DNA from: Flectonema sp. DT1601
Taxonomy: Eukaryota
DNA length: 61,878 nt
Assembly: GCA_964019425.1 (NCBI GenBank)
Contig: OZ025805.1
Location: 1,116,001 to 1,177,878, forward strand
Reading direction: 5' to 3'
Every line of letters starts with the position of its first letter. The stretch's first letter is position 1. The translations under genes and the position numbers were made by a program. This document shows positions 11,401 through 22,859 of the stretch, piece after piece. The notes below the pieces were generated by a model. The model did not search any database. It was not told the DNA's origin and saw nothing but the letters and a program-made list of their open reading frames with translations.

Positions 11401-13049
11401 GTGGTGCCTACAGAATTGGTAGCAGTTGTGAGTTTGATTGGTGTGCTGTCAGTTGTGTCCGTGCCCTTAACCAACTCGGGTTGAAGAGTATTGTTGTTAA
11501 CTACAACCCAGAGACTGTGTCTACTGACTTCGATGAAAGTGACAGATTGTACTTCGAGGAATTATCTCTTGAGAGTGTGTTGGGTATCTACCAGAGTGAG
11601 GGAGCCAGAGGTGTTGTTGTTTCAGTTGGTGGACAGATTCCAAACAACTTGGTCGTTCCACTTTCAAAGTGTGGAGTTACCGTATTGGGAACCAGCCCTG
11701 AATCCATCGATTCTTGTGAAGACAGAAACAAGTTCTCACGTCTTTGTGATACACTCAGTATTGATCAACCTCAATGGATTGAAGCAGCTTCTACTGATGA
11801 AGCTAAACAGTTTGCTTCTAGAGTTGAGTACCCAGTTCTTGTTAGACCATCTTACGTTCTTTCTGGTGCTGCCATGAACGTCGCTGAAAACGAAACCGAC
11901 TTGGTTGCCTACTTGAACATGGCTACTAATGTTAACCGTGAACACCCGGTTGTTATTTCTAAGTTCGTAAAGAACGCCAAGGAGATTGAAATGGATGCTG
12001 TTTGCCGTGATGGTCGCATCATCAACTACGCTGTTTCCGAGCACGTTGAAAATGCTGGTGTTCACTCTGGAGACGCCACTTTGTTCTTGCCAGCTCAGAA
12101 GTTGTACGTCGAGACTGTCCGTCGTATTAAAAGAATTATGTCATCGTTGTGTGCCAGACTTAACATCACTGGTCCAGTCAATGCTCAGTTCTTATCGAAG
12201 AACAACGACATTAAAATTATCGAAATGAACCTTCGCGCCAGTAGGTCGTTCCCTTTTGTCTCGAAGACCTTCGACGTCAACTTCATCGATCTCGCAACGA
12301 GAGCAATGGTTGGAGCACCTTGCCCAGCTTACAACATTAACCTTTATGAGACTGAGTACGTCTGCTGTAAGTCTCCAATGTTCTCTTTCACAAGATTACA
12401 GGGAGCTGATCCAATCACTCGTGTTGAGATGGCTTCAACTGGTGAGGTTGCTTGCTTTGGTGTTGACCAGCACGAGGCATTGATTAAATCTCTTCTATCA
12501 ACTGGTTTCAAACTTCCAACAAGAACTCGTTGTATTCTTGTATCAGTTGGTCCAACTAGACACAAGGTTGCCTTCATCAGTTACATGAAGTCACTTGTTA
12601 AGATGGGATACAAGTTGTACTGCACTGAAAACACGCAAAAGTTCTACGCTGAGGAAGGTATTCAGTGTGAGACTATCGCAAAACCAAACACTGGATCAGA
12701 ACCTGGAGCGTCTGATATCCCTGGAGCGTTAGAACTGATTAGAAATAATAAGATTGATTTAGTTATTAACATTCCTGGATCATTCTCTTCCCAGAGCATC
12801 ACCAGCGGTTACAAGATGAGAAGATCTGCTGTTGATTTTGGTGTTCCTCTTCTTACTAACATTCAACTTGCGGTAGCTCTTGTTCAAGCAATGGAGAGAG
12901 TTGATATCACTGACTTAAAGGTTCGTTCATGGAATGAATATGTCATCGCTGGATACCACAAGGAGATTCTTTCCCAGCCACCAGGTACTACTCCTCTACA
13001 CAGACCTATGCCAGCTCCAAAGGATCTTCCAGCGGCACTTAACTGGTAG
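8407..13049 (+). CDS. Glutamine-dependent carbamoyl-phosphate synthetase (GATase + synthetase fusion, CPSII-type, ~1492 aa); exons 8407-11076, 11158-11278, 11362-13049
   Basis: [21 protein letters not shown], catalytic FGICMGHQ and [18 protein letters not shown], two ATP-grasp domains and a C-terminal MGS-like domain. Introns 11077-11157 and 11279-11361 restore [23 protein letters not shown] in frame. Confidence 0.97.
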
Positions 13050-13092
13050 ATCGTTTCTTACTAAAAAATATATATGTCACTCGTCGCTCTTT

Positions 13093-13167
13093 AGGATGCT
13101 TTTGCGCACTTCAAGAGTATACGCCAGTGGACGACAACAACCTCAGGATGCTTATGCGCACTTCGAG
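13093..13167 (+). repeat. Two 23-nt direct repeats downstream of the CPS stop codon (13093-13115 and 13145-13167)
   Basis: AGGATGCTTTTGCGCACTTCAAG vs AGGATGCTTATGCGCACTTCGAG, 2 mismatches. Confidence 0.85.
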
Positions 13168-14209
13168 GATTGATGTTGGAGGCTGTGCAACGACTGCGAC
13201 AGCATCTGGCGCGTCCGAAATACTTTTCCGCGAGGTTTTCCTTAGCGGAGGGATTCCAAAAAAAAAAGAAAAAAAAAAAAAAAAAAACAAACAAAAGTAA
13301 AAAAAGGAAAAAAGAAAAAAAATTAAAACAAAGCAGCTCCCTCTCTCTTTTTCGTGTTCTAAAAAAAAAAGAAGGCTAAAAATAATACTCCTTCGTTTAT
13401 ATCTAATTCTGAAGCAAAAAAAAAAAAAAAAAAAACATATCAGCAAAAGAAAATAATAATAAAAAAAAAAAGAAATCTATCATTGGAAGTTATATTGAAG
13501 AGAAGACCTGAATATCATATTTACTCAGTTCCCTATTTTCGTTCCCCTCCCAATTGGCGTTTAGCATGTTCCGTTGCCTTCAGACTGACTCGCTGTTTGA
13601 TTGCGCAAGTCTTGAAGATTGGTGGTTCTGTTTCTTTCTCTCTCTCCCACTCTCTCTCTCTCTTTTTATATTTTCCTTTTCCAGTGTTTACTCTTTTCCC
13701 GCGTTTTCTTTTTTTCTCTTCATTCATTTTTTTTCTACATACATAACAAGACACTCCTAAGTGTCGAAAGTTATTTATTTTTACATATAAATGGGGGTAT
13801 TGTTGTCTGTCTGTCAGCATTCGTGTTTTATAAAAACGAACAAAAATCGCAAAAAAAAAAAAAAAAAAATAATTTTAGTTGAAGAAAGGTTTTATTGTGT
13901 AGCTGAAAATACCTTTTTTTTTTTTTTTTTGTTGTTTTCTTCCCAATCCAGTCTTATAAAATAAAGGGCAACAACAACACTGACAGTAAATAATTAACAA
14001 TGCCTTTTTTTTGCTAATATACGGGAAAAAAGAAGAAAAAAAAAAAAAAAAAAAATACTGCTGGTAAACGTGTTGCGTTCTTATTAGTTTGTCTCTTAGT
14101 CAGAGTACCAGTGGGCAGCTAAGTATTCCATACAAAGGAATGAATTAAAGGTGGGGCCTTCATTGTAAGATCTCACTTATTCTTCCTTTTTTTTTCCCCC
14201 ACCCCCTCA

Positions 14210-14258
14210 AGATTGTTGTTCCTTTGAGCTTGATAATAAACTATCAATTCAACCCCCC
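14210..14258 (+). repeat. ~48-nt dispersed repeat, copy 1 (copy 2 at 15914-15961)
   Basis: AGATTGTTGTTCCTTTGAGCTTGATA(A/G)TAAA(C/G)TATCAATTCA followed by a C-run in both copies. Confidence 0.85.
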
Positions 14259-14701
14259 CGCCGCTTTACTTTTTTTTTAATCACGGAGCTGGGATATTTC
14301 GTACTCGTCGATGAGTAGTAAAAAAAAAAAAAAAAAAAATCCCCCTTTTTTTTTTTTTCCCCAGCAATGATTTATTTATTTTACATTTTTTTTTTGTTTG
14401 CCGCCATGGAGTTTGAACAAAAAGGGAAAAATAAAGGAGAAAAGAAAAAAAAAAAAAAAAGAAAAAATAATTCCCTCCCCCGAACCCCCAAATATCAACC
14501 AATTCCTCTCCTATTCCGATAGCTGGGTTTTGATGAAACTGAAATGAACAATATATTAGCACTAGACATTTATGTGTTCCCTATTCAAATATATTTAGTT
14601 AAAGTAAAGAAGCTCTGTCGTGTTGTCAACTCACTTGACGTGATTGTCTCACAAGTGACGAGGCAAGAATGTAGAGGAAAAATTGATAATAAGAAAATAA
14701 A

Positions 14702-14733
<32 letters not shown>

Positions 14734-15007
14734 GTCAGCCAACCCCTGGACGTGCCACTCCCTTTCCTGAACTCTTTATTTCTTTCGTTTTTCGCTTTCC
14801 ATTCCTACCTCCCACTCGCACAGGTCAACACGAGGAGCAAGTTGTTGTTGTATTCGTACAGAGCAACTCCTGCAGGTCCTACAAAATATGACTCGAAAAC
14901 TATCTGCAGTTAGGGACGGCAAATAGACATCAAAATCGCAGTTAGTTTTTTTCCGATATTTTTTTTCACAATAAGCTAATCGTTAAACAGAGACAATACG
15001 ACACAAT

Positions 15008-15490
15008 ATGGGAGGAAAGAAAGGCGGGTCTAAACCCTCAAAGACTGAAACCGAACCAGAGCCTAGAGAGCCTAAGATTGAGAAACCAGAGAATGTTGAA
15101 GAAGAAGATGTTGAAGATGAGAAGCTGAGAGAAGTTCTGAGAGGATCAGGTGACTTAAAAGAGATGGTCGCTAAGCAGCAATTCCCCATCACAAACTTCA
15201 GAGAAAGACTCCCAGCATTCAAAAGGTTTAGTAAGTTACTAATGGCTGATGAGAGTAAGGAAGTATTTAGAAAGTTTCTAATCACATCAATGTTGATGTT
15301 GTTCCTTCCGGTGTCTGCTTTCTACATCTCCCTCGATGTCTTTCTCAGCTACGAAGTAAACACTGAGCAAGCTCCAGTATTCGCTGCTATTGTTGCACTC
15401 TGTTCAGTTCAAGCAATATCAATTGGTTATGTTATTATGACTTGTTATGAAGAAAGAGAGTTGAGAGATAACAAAGAAAAGAGCGACTAG
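15008..15490 (+). CDS. VMA21: V-ATPase assembly factor VMA21-like protein
   Basis: Two TM helices (KFLITSMLMLFLPVSAFY; VFAAIVALCSVQAISIGYVIMTCYEE) and a C-terminal KxKxx ER-retrieval motif (KEKSD). Confidence 0.75.
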   Translation: MGGKKGGSKPSKTETEPEPREPKIEKPENVEEEDVEDEKLREVLRGSGDLKEMVAKQQFPITNFRERLPAFKRFSKLLMADESKEVFRKFLITSMLMLFLPVSAFYISLDVFLSYEVNTEQAPVFAAIVALCSVQAISIGYVIMTCYEERELRDNKEKSD

Positions 15491-15913
15491 AATTGTGAAC
15501 TGACGCACTCGTTTACTCTGATGCAGTTAATATTATTATCACTTTTGATTTAATGAACCGAGTGAGAGATTGAAAAGCACCGACTTGTCCTCACATGATG
15601 TTGCTGTAGGGTAATACAAGCAAGGCGTACGCTCTTAATAGTTTCTTGTATTCTTTGTTGGGGATTTTCGTTCTAACCATCCCAGTTCTTGTTTCCAGTG
15701 TGACGTGTCGTCTGACAAGTTTTTGTGATGCTGACTCCGTTGGCAAACTGGTTTCGCGCAACTTTATTTTATGATTAAATTAATCTAAATATTCTTTTTT
15801 GAGGAACTAAACCTCATCGAAGGGAATCACACATTCAGAACATTAATAACTTTATTATCCATTTCTTCAGAAAGGTTTACTACGCTGCTGTTGACAGTCA
15901 ATATTGTCCAGAG

Positions 15914-15961
15914 AGATTGTTGTTCCTTTGAGCTTGATAGTAAAGTATCAATTCACCCCCC
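15914..15961 (+). repeat. ~48-nt dispersed repeat, copy 2
   Basis: Near-identical to 14210-14258; lies just upstream of the U-box gene ATG. Confidence 0.85.
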
Positions 15962-15976
15962 TCAGAAGCAGAAGAA

Positions 15977-16768
15977 ATGTTGTCCTACTTACTAGGCGAG
16001 GAGCATCTTAAAGAGATGGAAGAGGAGTGGGTTGTTGTTCAACAAGAAGGAGGAGTAATAAGAGAAGAGGAATCATTGTCTAGTCGTTTCATTTCTGTGA
16101 TTGAAGTAGGAACTACGTTAGGAATTGCTAAGGTTCGTGGTAATAGAATATTAGTAATCCGTCCATTGAAAGGTTGGATGAGTGTTATTAGTCAAACTGG
16201 TGAGCAGATTGTTGACAGACAAAATGAACCCGACGGACTCTGCTGTCCGATAACGAAAATGATGTTCAAAGAACCAGTCATGGTCCCCCACAGTGGATAT
16301 ACTTATGAGAAGAACGCATTAATGAACTTCTGGCAAAAGACAAAGGGAGGATCAAGAGATCAAGGATGGCCAAGAGATCCAATGACAAACGTTCAGCTAC
16401 CAGACACGAGCATCCATCCAAATATCGCAGTCAGAGTTCAAGTTGCACAGTGGCTTCAATACAACGCTGCTAGGATACCTGAGGGATGGACGGATCGTAT
16501 TGTTCCTCCTCTTTCATCAGCTTCTTCAACTCCTCCACCTGAAGGCGGTCGATTCGGTGGTTTTGTCATCGGACAGAAGATCTGCGTGTCACACTCATCT
16601 CGCAATGTGAAAAGAGGAGACATCGGAATATTTAAAGGTCCCATCAAACCTTATGATAGAGCAATTGCTGAAGGGCTCGTTGAAATTCTGTGGGACCGAG
16701 AACCTGATGGTCCTCCTACAACTGTTCCTCTAAAGGATGTTGCCGTATGTGATCTTTGTCTTCTGTAA
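15977..16768 (+). CDS. U-box E3 ubiquitin ligase-like protein flanked by SH3-like beta domains
   Basis: U-box motif PDGLCCPITKMMFKEPVMVPHSGYTYEKNALMNFW...DPMTNVQL...HPNIAVR; N-terminal SH3b-like GVIREEESLSS...GWMSV. Confidence 0.85.
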   Translation: MLSYLLGEEHLKEMEEEWVVVQQEGGVIREEESLSSRFISVIEVGTTLGIAKVRGNRILVIRPLKGWMSVISQTGEQIVDRQNEPDGLCCPITKMMFKEPVMVPHSGYTYEKNALMNFWQKTKGGSRDQGWPRDPMTNVQLPDTSIHPNIAVRVQVAQWLQYNAARIPEGWTDRIVPPLSSASSTPPPEGGRFGGFVIGQKICVSHSSRNVKRGDIGIFKGPIKPYDRAIAEGLVEILWDREPDGPPTTVPLKDVAVCDLCLL

Positions 16769-16822
16769 TTTTACAACTCAATTTAAAAGGCGCAAAAAAA
16801 ACGAGACAAAAAAAAACAGCCG

Positions 16823-17438
16823 ATGGACAAGCGATGGGGCATTCTGAGGAGAGTTTTATCTGAGCAACGCCACAATGGAAATATTGAAGAGGTGTGTAGT
16901 CAGACTGCCCACCATTTATGTTCTTGTGGTGATTTCTGTTAACAAAAAAAAACAAAAATAAAATCAGGGACTTGAAGAACGCGTTCAGCAACTAGCGGAC
17001 GCTCTAAACCAACGCGACCGATTCCTTGAAGAAGTAACTGTGTCTACAGTCGAGAAGTGTAAGAAATACAAATCCTGGGCACCTGAAGGGAAGGTTTGTG
17101 AAATAGTAATTCGTCAAATGGGAACTGATCATAAAGATGTCAGTAATGAAGAAGTCTTAGGAGAGTTACAACTAGAATCAGTTCACAGAGTAATAAAACG
17201 ATTAGCGAGAGCTGGTACAGTTGAAAAGAGTACAACAACTCAAGAGGGAATACCATTCAGAGCAAGGTTATTAAGAATTAGTCAGGTACCAAAGTCAGCA
17301 GTTTCTTGTTTAGGGGCAGCCCTGATAGTTGCAGCCATCTCTGTTAGGCTTGTCCTCGACGAGAAAGAAGAACAAAAGATAACTGAGCAGGTGAATGAAA
17401 ATATACTTTCGGAAGTAGAAAGTTGTGAAAGCTCATAA
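16823..17438 (+). CDS. Hypothetical protein (~179 aa) with a hydrophobic segment near the C-terminus; exons 16823-16891 and 16968-17438
   Basis: ATG at 16823 follows AAAAAACAG. Intron 16892-16967 (GTGTGT...AAAATCAG) joins MDKRWGILRR...IEE in frame to GLEERVQQLADAL... and the 132-aa ORF. Confidence 0.65.
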
Positions 17439-18542
17439 TAGCCAACCACAATTATCGGTATCTATTACTGTAGGCACTCACTGCAGTGCGATTAGAGGTG
17501 AGAAAGTCGAAAGTTCGTCAAGTGAAGGACGTGATCGAATCAACCAGTCAGTTCAATTATTTTACACAAATAGAAAATCCCCTCCACGAGTTTGATTCGT
17601 AGCAACTCCAAAACTTAATTATCATCTTTCAGAATCATCACCACCTGAAGTACTCCATAGCATGTCATTGGAATCGGTGTTCGTTTTGTCAGCAAATCAT
17701 AAGTGACAGCAGTAATGTGTAATAGCAGCTGAGACCTTCGGCTGTTAAATGTGACTGAAGTATCAAACTGACCCACACTTGATTCAAAAGGACTACTTGA
17801 GGTTGTGATAGTTCTATTTTTTTTTATTTCTTGTTTCTGAGTTCACTAATGGAGGGAAAAAAAAGAAGAGAATTGGCTGTAATTTTTAGTCAGAGGACAA
17901 GCCTCGACTAAGAAAAAAAAAAAAAAAAAAAAGTCATTTTTTTTTTTTTTTTCCCCTTTTGAGTCCTGTACTTATTCTATGCAAATTCATTTATGTTTTC
18001 TCACTGGTTCGTCATCCTCTCTCTATCATTTAGTAGTGTGATAATGTATTCACCGTTTGAACAGAAGTTATGTTTCTGTAACTTAGTGTAGAGGGCGGGT
18101 AGGTAGTTTAGGTATTAAAGATTTAGGTCTCTTGTTTCTTGTCAAAAAACTTTTTTTTAATTTTTCTTGAATCAGACAAACAGATCATTTCTTTTAGTGT
18201 TTTTCTAAGAGAAGGGAAAAAAAAACGTTTTCAGATTAGATTTTTTATTTCGCTAAAACGCCGAACAGAATCCTGTCGCGCGGGGAAGAAATATGGCTTG
18301 TCGATATGAATAGTTTCTTTCTCCGACTCCGTCGGCACAAATAAAGAAGGAAATCACGTTAAACGACTATATGTCAATAGTATTCAAATTATTTCTGCGT
18401 GTGTGTGTTGTGTGTCAAAACTTGTCGCCCGTGGAACAATCAGCGTAGTATTCAAATCTTTAGGACAACGTGGTCTGTTTCTGTTTAGCGGTATTGGGAT
18501 TGCGAAAAGTTTCGTGAAAAACCTTTTGTACAAAATATGTCT

Positions 18543-18851
18543 TTACGGTCTTCTTTTCTCAATCAAAACAAGTAATTGTTAAAAGTCACATTGAAAAAGA
18601 AGATTTCGTTGTTGGATTACTTTATTAGTTCTGTCCTTTATCATTTAGACGAATAAAATCTTCTTCTATTCGTTCTTTACGTTGAACACATAATGATATT
18701 CTCGAGTTCTTTATACAACCGTTTCCTAGTAATGCTGGAATGTTGTATCGGTTTAAGTAAGTAAGTAGTAGTCTTGGGCTTTGAAGCGTCTTACGGTCTT
18801 CTTTTCTCAATCAAAACAAGTAATTGTTAAAAGTCACATTGAAAAAGAAGA
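18543..18851 (+). repeat. Identical 61-nt direct repeat (18543-18603 and 18791-18851), each followed by a related AGTTCTGTCCTTTATC block
   Basis: TTACGGTCTTCTTTTCTCAATCAAAACAAGTAATTGTTAAAAGTCACATTGAAAAAGAAGA occurs twice. Confidence 0.9.
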
Positions 18852-20926
18852 CTTAGACAGCGATTCGTCTGTAGTCGAGATTGGTTGAATTTCTTTATAA
18901 GTTCTGTCCTTTATCGTTGCACCCTTCAGACAAATCTTTCGCTTTGCGCTTTTGAATTACGAATGAGGCAAGTTCGTTATTTTCTTCTTGTTTTTTTTTT
19001 CTTTTGTTTCGTTCTTTTTAAGTGAGAGATGCTTTTTTTTTTTTTTCCTTTTTTGCTTTTTCTCAGACCAAATGCATGTCTGTAGTGTCTACCAAACAAG
19101 ATGTCTTGGACTGGTATTGGTGTTTGCTATTTCAGCATTGAGGCAACGCTGTATCCATTTCTCCTTGAAAAAGAAAACCACTTTTCTTTTTCGATGTGTA
19201 AGTAAAGCAGTGCGGTTTCTATCTCCGTGTGATGACCACATTCTGACTTCTGAGAAAAACAAAGCAAAAGATTGCTACTGTTCAGCTTTTAGTTGAAGCA
19301 GCTTATCTGTTTCTTTTTTTCTTTTTCTGGCAGTACATTACGTTTCCGATTTCTACTTGTAGCGCTCAAGAGATAACATAGTTCGCGGTCTCACTTGGGA
19401 CAAGCATTGGACTCCTTGAAAAGTTGATAGCGTACAGTCATATCCACTACACTTATTATGGGCACATTGCGTACCTTTTTGGTGTTTCTTTTTTCTTTTT
19501 CTTTTTTTTTTTTTATTTCGTGAGGTGCAAACCGGTCTCTAAAATTAACCAACGAAGTGTGTTTTTAAAGAGATGGTAATAAAGTACAAATACAATAGTT
19601 TCTCAACACACACCCTCCCCTCCCCAAAACGTTTGGAGAGTTTTTTTTTTTTTTTGTGATTTCTTATAATTTATGTTACTAATTATTCGATCGTCGCTTC
19701 TCTCTTACCCTTTTCTCGAGCAGTTTCTTTTTTCCTTTTTTTTTTACTACTGCTGAACTCTAAGAGTGCTCCTGATACTCTCATGGTTGCCCAGAAAAGA
19801 AAAAAAAAAAAAAAAAAAAAAAACAGGATTTCCCTCACACTGCTCTCCCTTTTCTTATTAGTTTTGCGTATTTTGAACATTTCTTGTTACGTTCACTTAC
19901 TTAGACTTATCTTAAGTAGAAGTAGTGAAATGGCATAGTTCTGTGGTCTAAGACTCGTTCTTAACGAATATTAAAAGAACGAGACATTTAACATACTTCA
20001 CAATTCGAATATTTTAAGTTTGCTCCAGAAGGGTAGACTTATGTTGTATTTGTTTCCCCAGAAATAACACACCGCTAAGTAACTTTACGGCTGTGTTACC
20101 CTTCCGTTTTATTTACGTCAAGGAAAGGTGTTTCTTGTCATGGTCAAAGTTGCTTAGCATAGCGAATCGAAAAAGAAAAAAAAAAACAAAAGAATTTGAG
20201 ATAACTTTTTTTTTATTTTTTTTTTATGTTTCAAAAAAATTATTTTTTTTAAATAAATTTATTATATTTGGCGGATAATCCTCCTGATTTTTGATAGAAT
20301 TCCCCCTTTCTTCTTCTTCTTTCTTCTTTTTGTTTGAAATTAGAGCAAGGCAGGCCTTTACACCTTCCCATGAGAGAGTTCTTTGTGAGAACTTCTTTAT
20401 TTCTTTAGTAGTATTTGAAGTAAGCATTGAGAGACTGCATCGAAAACCCACGACTGTTCAATAGTGTCGACCAGCTCTCTAGAAGCTGGTAAACTGGTTG
20501 TCTGAGTGTTTGATGTTGTTGAATGCCATGCCAACCTGCATAGTTTTTCAAATAAAAAGAAATCATCAGGTGCTTCGCAGTAGAAATATTGAAGTTTACC
20601 CATCTTGTTCCTGTTTTTTAGGTATTTTTTTTTTTTTTTTTTTTTTCCTTTTTTTTTTCCTTGCTTTCTATCCTTTTCTTTACGTCGCTTCGTTAACCAC
20701 ACGTCTCTCACTACTCGTGCTTCCCTACCCCCCCAGTTTGGTAATTTCTGTGTAATCTGTGTTCTGATTCTGACTTAATATTAGCATCGGGATAGCAACG
20801 TGTTATTAATAATTACATTCCTTAAACAGAAAGACTACAGTGATTGCCGCAGGAGTATTAGTTTTTTACTATTCTAGTAACTGAGTGACTATTTTATTGT
20901 ATCAAAACAGCATCGTGTGTATTAAA

Positions 20927-22446
20927 ATGATGCAAACAACACGAACGCGACGTGGTGGGGAGAGTGAAGGTCAGCTTAAAAAGAAAGTTGTAGCAGAGTA
21001 TGAAGCCCCACCTGACTCAACGGTAGTAATAACAACATCAGAGTTAAAAGCCTGGAGAAATATAATGGACGGAGCTGATCGGGAAAAGCAACGCAGTTCT
21101 GACCATGCGGGAGAGAAAGCAAAGTTGATGACTGTCGCTAATGAAAGAAAGATGAAAATGATTGCTGTTGATGAAGACCGTCGTGCAAATGGAGTCGTCA
21201 AACCCATTGAAGACATCACTGAAGACGTTACTCAAAAGGAAACAATCTCAAAAGCTCAGCTAAAGATGGACGAAGAACTTGACGAAGTGAAATACATGAA
21301 TAAGATTATGCTTTATACTAAATGTGTAACCATCAGAGACGCACAAATAAAAGAGAAGCAGGCAATCGCTTATGAAAAACAAGAAGAAGAAAAACGCCTC
21401 GACATGATGATGGAAATGGAACGGCTGAAGGCTCTCAATATGTACGAAGAACGAGAACAAAAAAGAATTGAAAACAGGAGAAGGGGGGCTGCCGTGATCA
21501 GAGCTCAGATAGAAGAACGAGAGCAAGAACGCCTCCGTAGACTCGAACTCAAACAACAGGAACAAGAAGCCATGCTTCGTCACATCGAAAGAATGAAAGA
21601 CGACGATCGCCGAGAGAATCTAAAAAAGAAAGACGCAGCAAAGCGACTCATGGAAGACGTAGCCCTCGCAAATGCTGAGCAAATTCGACTGAAGAACAGA
21701 CAGCGAGAAGTTGAACAGGTTTGTAATTCTATTTTATATTATTTAGAGTCTCTGTTCACAGAGAAAGAAAATAACAATGAAAACAACAACAGGAAGAAGA
21801 CCGTCGCATCTCAGAGTACCTTCGCGAGAAGGACAGCAGAGAGCAAGAAATTGCTCAAGAACACGAGAGAATTAAAGCAGAGAAGGAAAGAGAGATTGCA
21901 AGGCTACGATCGCTACAAGAGAAGGCTCAGGACAAGCAGGCAGAATTGGACGCTCTCAGAGCAAGGCGCGCACAAGAAGCAGCAGAGCGAGACCACAGAG
22001 AAAAGGAGAAGGAGGTTGCAACCAGGATCGCAGCAATCAACGCAGACTTGGCACAGGCTCGACTATCCCAGAAGTTGGAAAAGGAAGCAACTTTGGCTGA
22101 TCAAGCGAAGCTCGAAAACGAAGACTTCGAAAGAATTATTGCAGTACAACGCCAGTGGGACATGCAAGAGAAATCAAAGAAGGAAGTCGACAGAGAGCGA
22201 AGACTCAAAAACGCAGCAGACCTCCGCTCACAGATCGAACAAATGGAAGAACAATCAAAGAAGAATAGACGTGGATTCCTAGAGGAAGGCAATCGTCTGA
22301 AATCTCAACGTCAGGAGCAAGAGAAGAAGATAGAAAACATTAGAGAGAGAAAGATACAAGAGTTAGAACAATGTGCTGTACCTGAGAAGTACAGACATGA
22401 GCTCCTTAAAAAGAAGAATATCGAACCCTTGCGTCCCAGCAAGTAG
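20927..22446 (+). CDS. CFAP45: Cilia- and flagella-associated protein 45 (CCDC19), ~481 aa; exons 20927-21718 and 21793-22446
   Basis: EELDEVKYMNKIMLYTKCVTIRDAQIKEK and KEREIARLRSLQEKAQDKQAELDALRARRAQE are characteristic. Intron 21719-21792 (GTTTGT...AACAACAG) fixes the frame. Confidence 0.9.
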
Positions 22447-22859
22447 GCTTCTCTCCAACTGCTGACTACCTTTCTTATAATATAAGGTTTAATACGATAA
22501 TGTTGTGTAAGATGTCTCTTTTTTTACACATCTAAAATACGTTTTTTATTACATTCCACACAGCAATCAAAATAAACTAAAAAAACGATTGTATCCTTGT
22601 TCGTGTCATCGCTAACGCGAAATGATGAGTTTCTTTTATTGTGCCAAAAAAAAAAAAAAAAAAAAGGATAGAAAGTATCCATCAATAATTTATTTGTCGT
22701 TGTCCCTTCCCATTCGACATAAATCTCCCCACCTGTAAGAATGATTGGTCTCTATTTTGTGAATAGTTTAGTTTCAAAGAACTCACATATCTAACTGTAC
22801 CAAAAAAAAAATAATTTTCTTTTCAAAATTAAATCAACAGGAAGGCCATACAAAAGAAA

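Noticed and set aside
8748..12577. Minus-strand and alternate-frame ORFs inside CPS and other genes
   Set aside because: Shadow ORFs from codon bias; no motifs.
13091..14891. Phe- or Lys-rich ORFs here and in other spacers (e.g. 18988-20755, 28457-29725)
   Set aside because: Translations of poly(T)/poly(A) tracts, not protein-like.
18543..18851. CRISPR-like repeat-spacer reading of the direct repeats
   Set aside because: Only two 61-nt copies about 190 nt apart, eukaryotic context, no cas genes.
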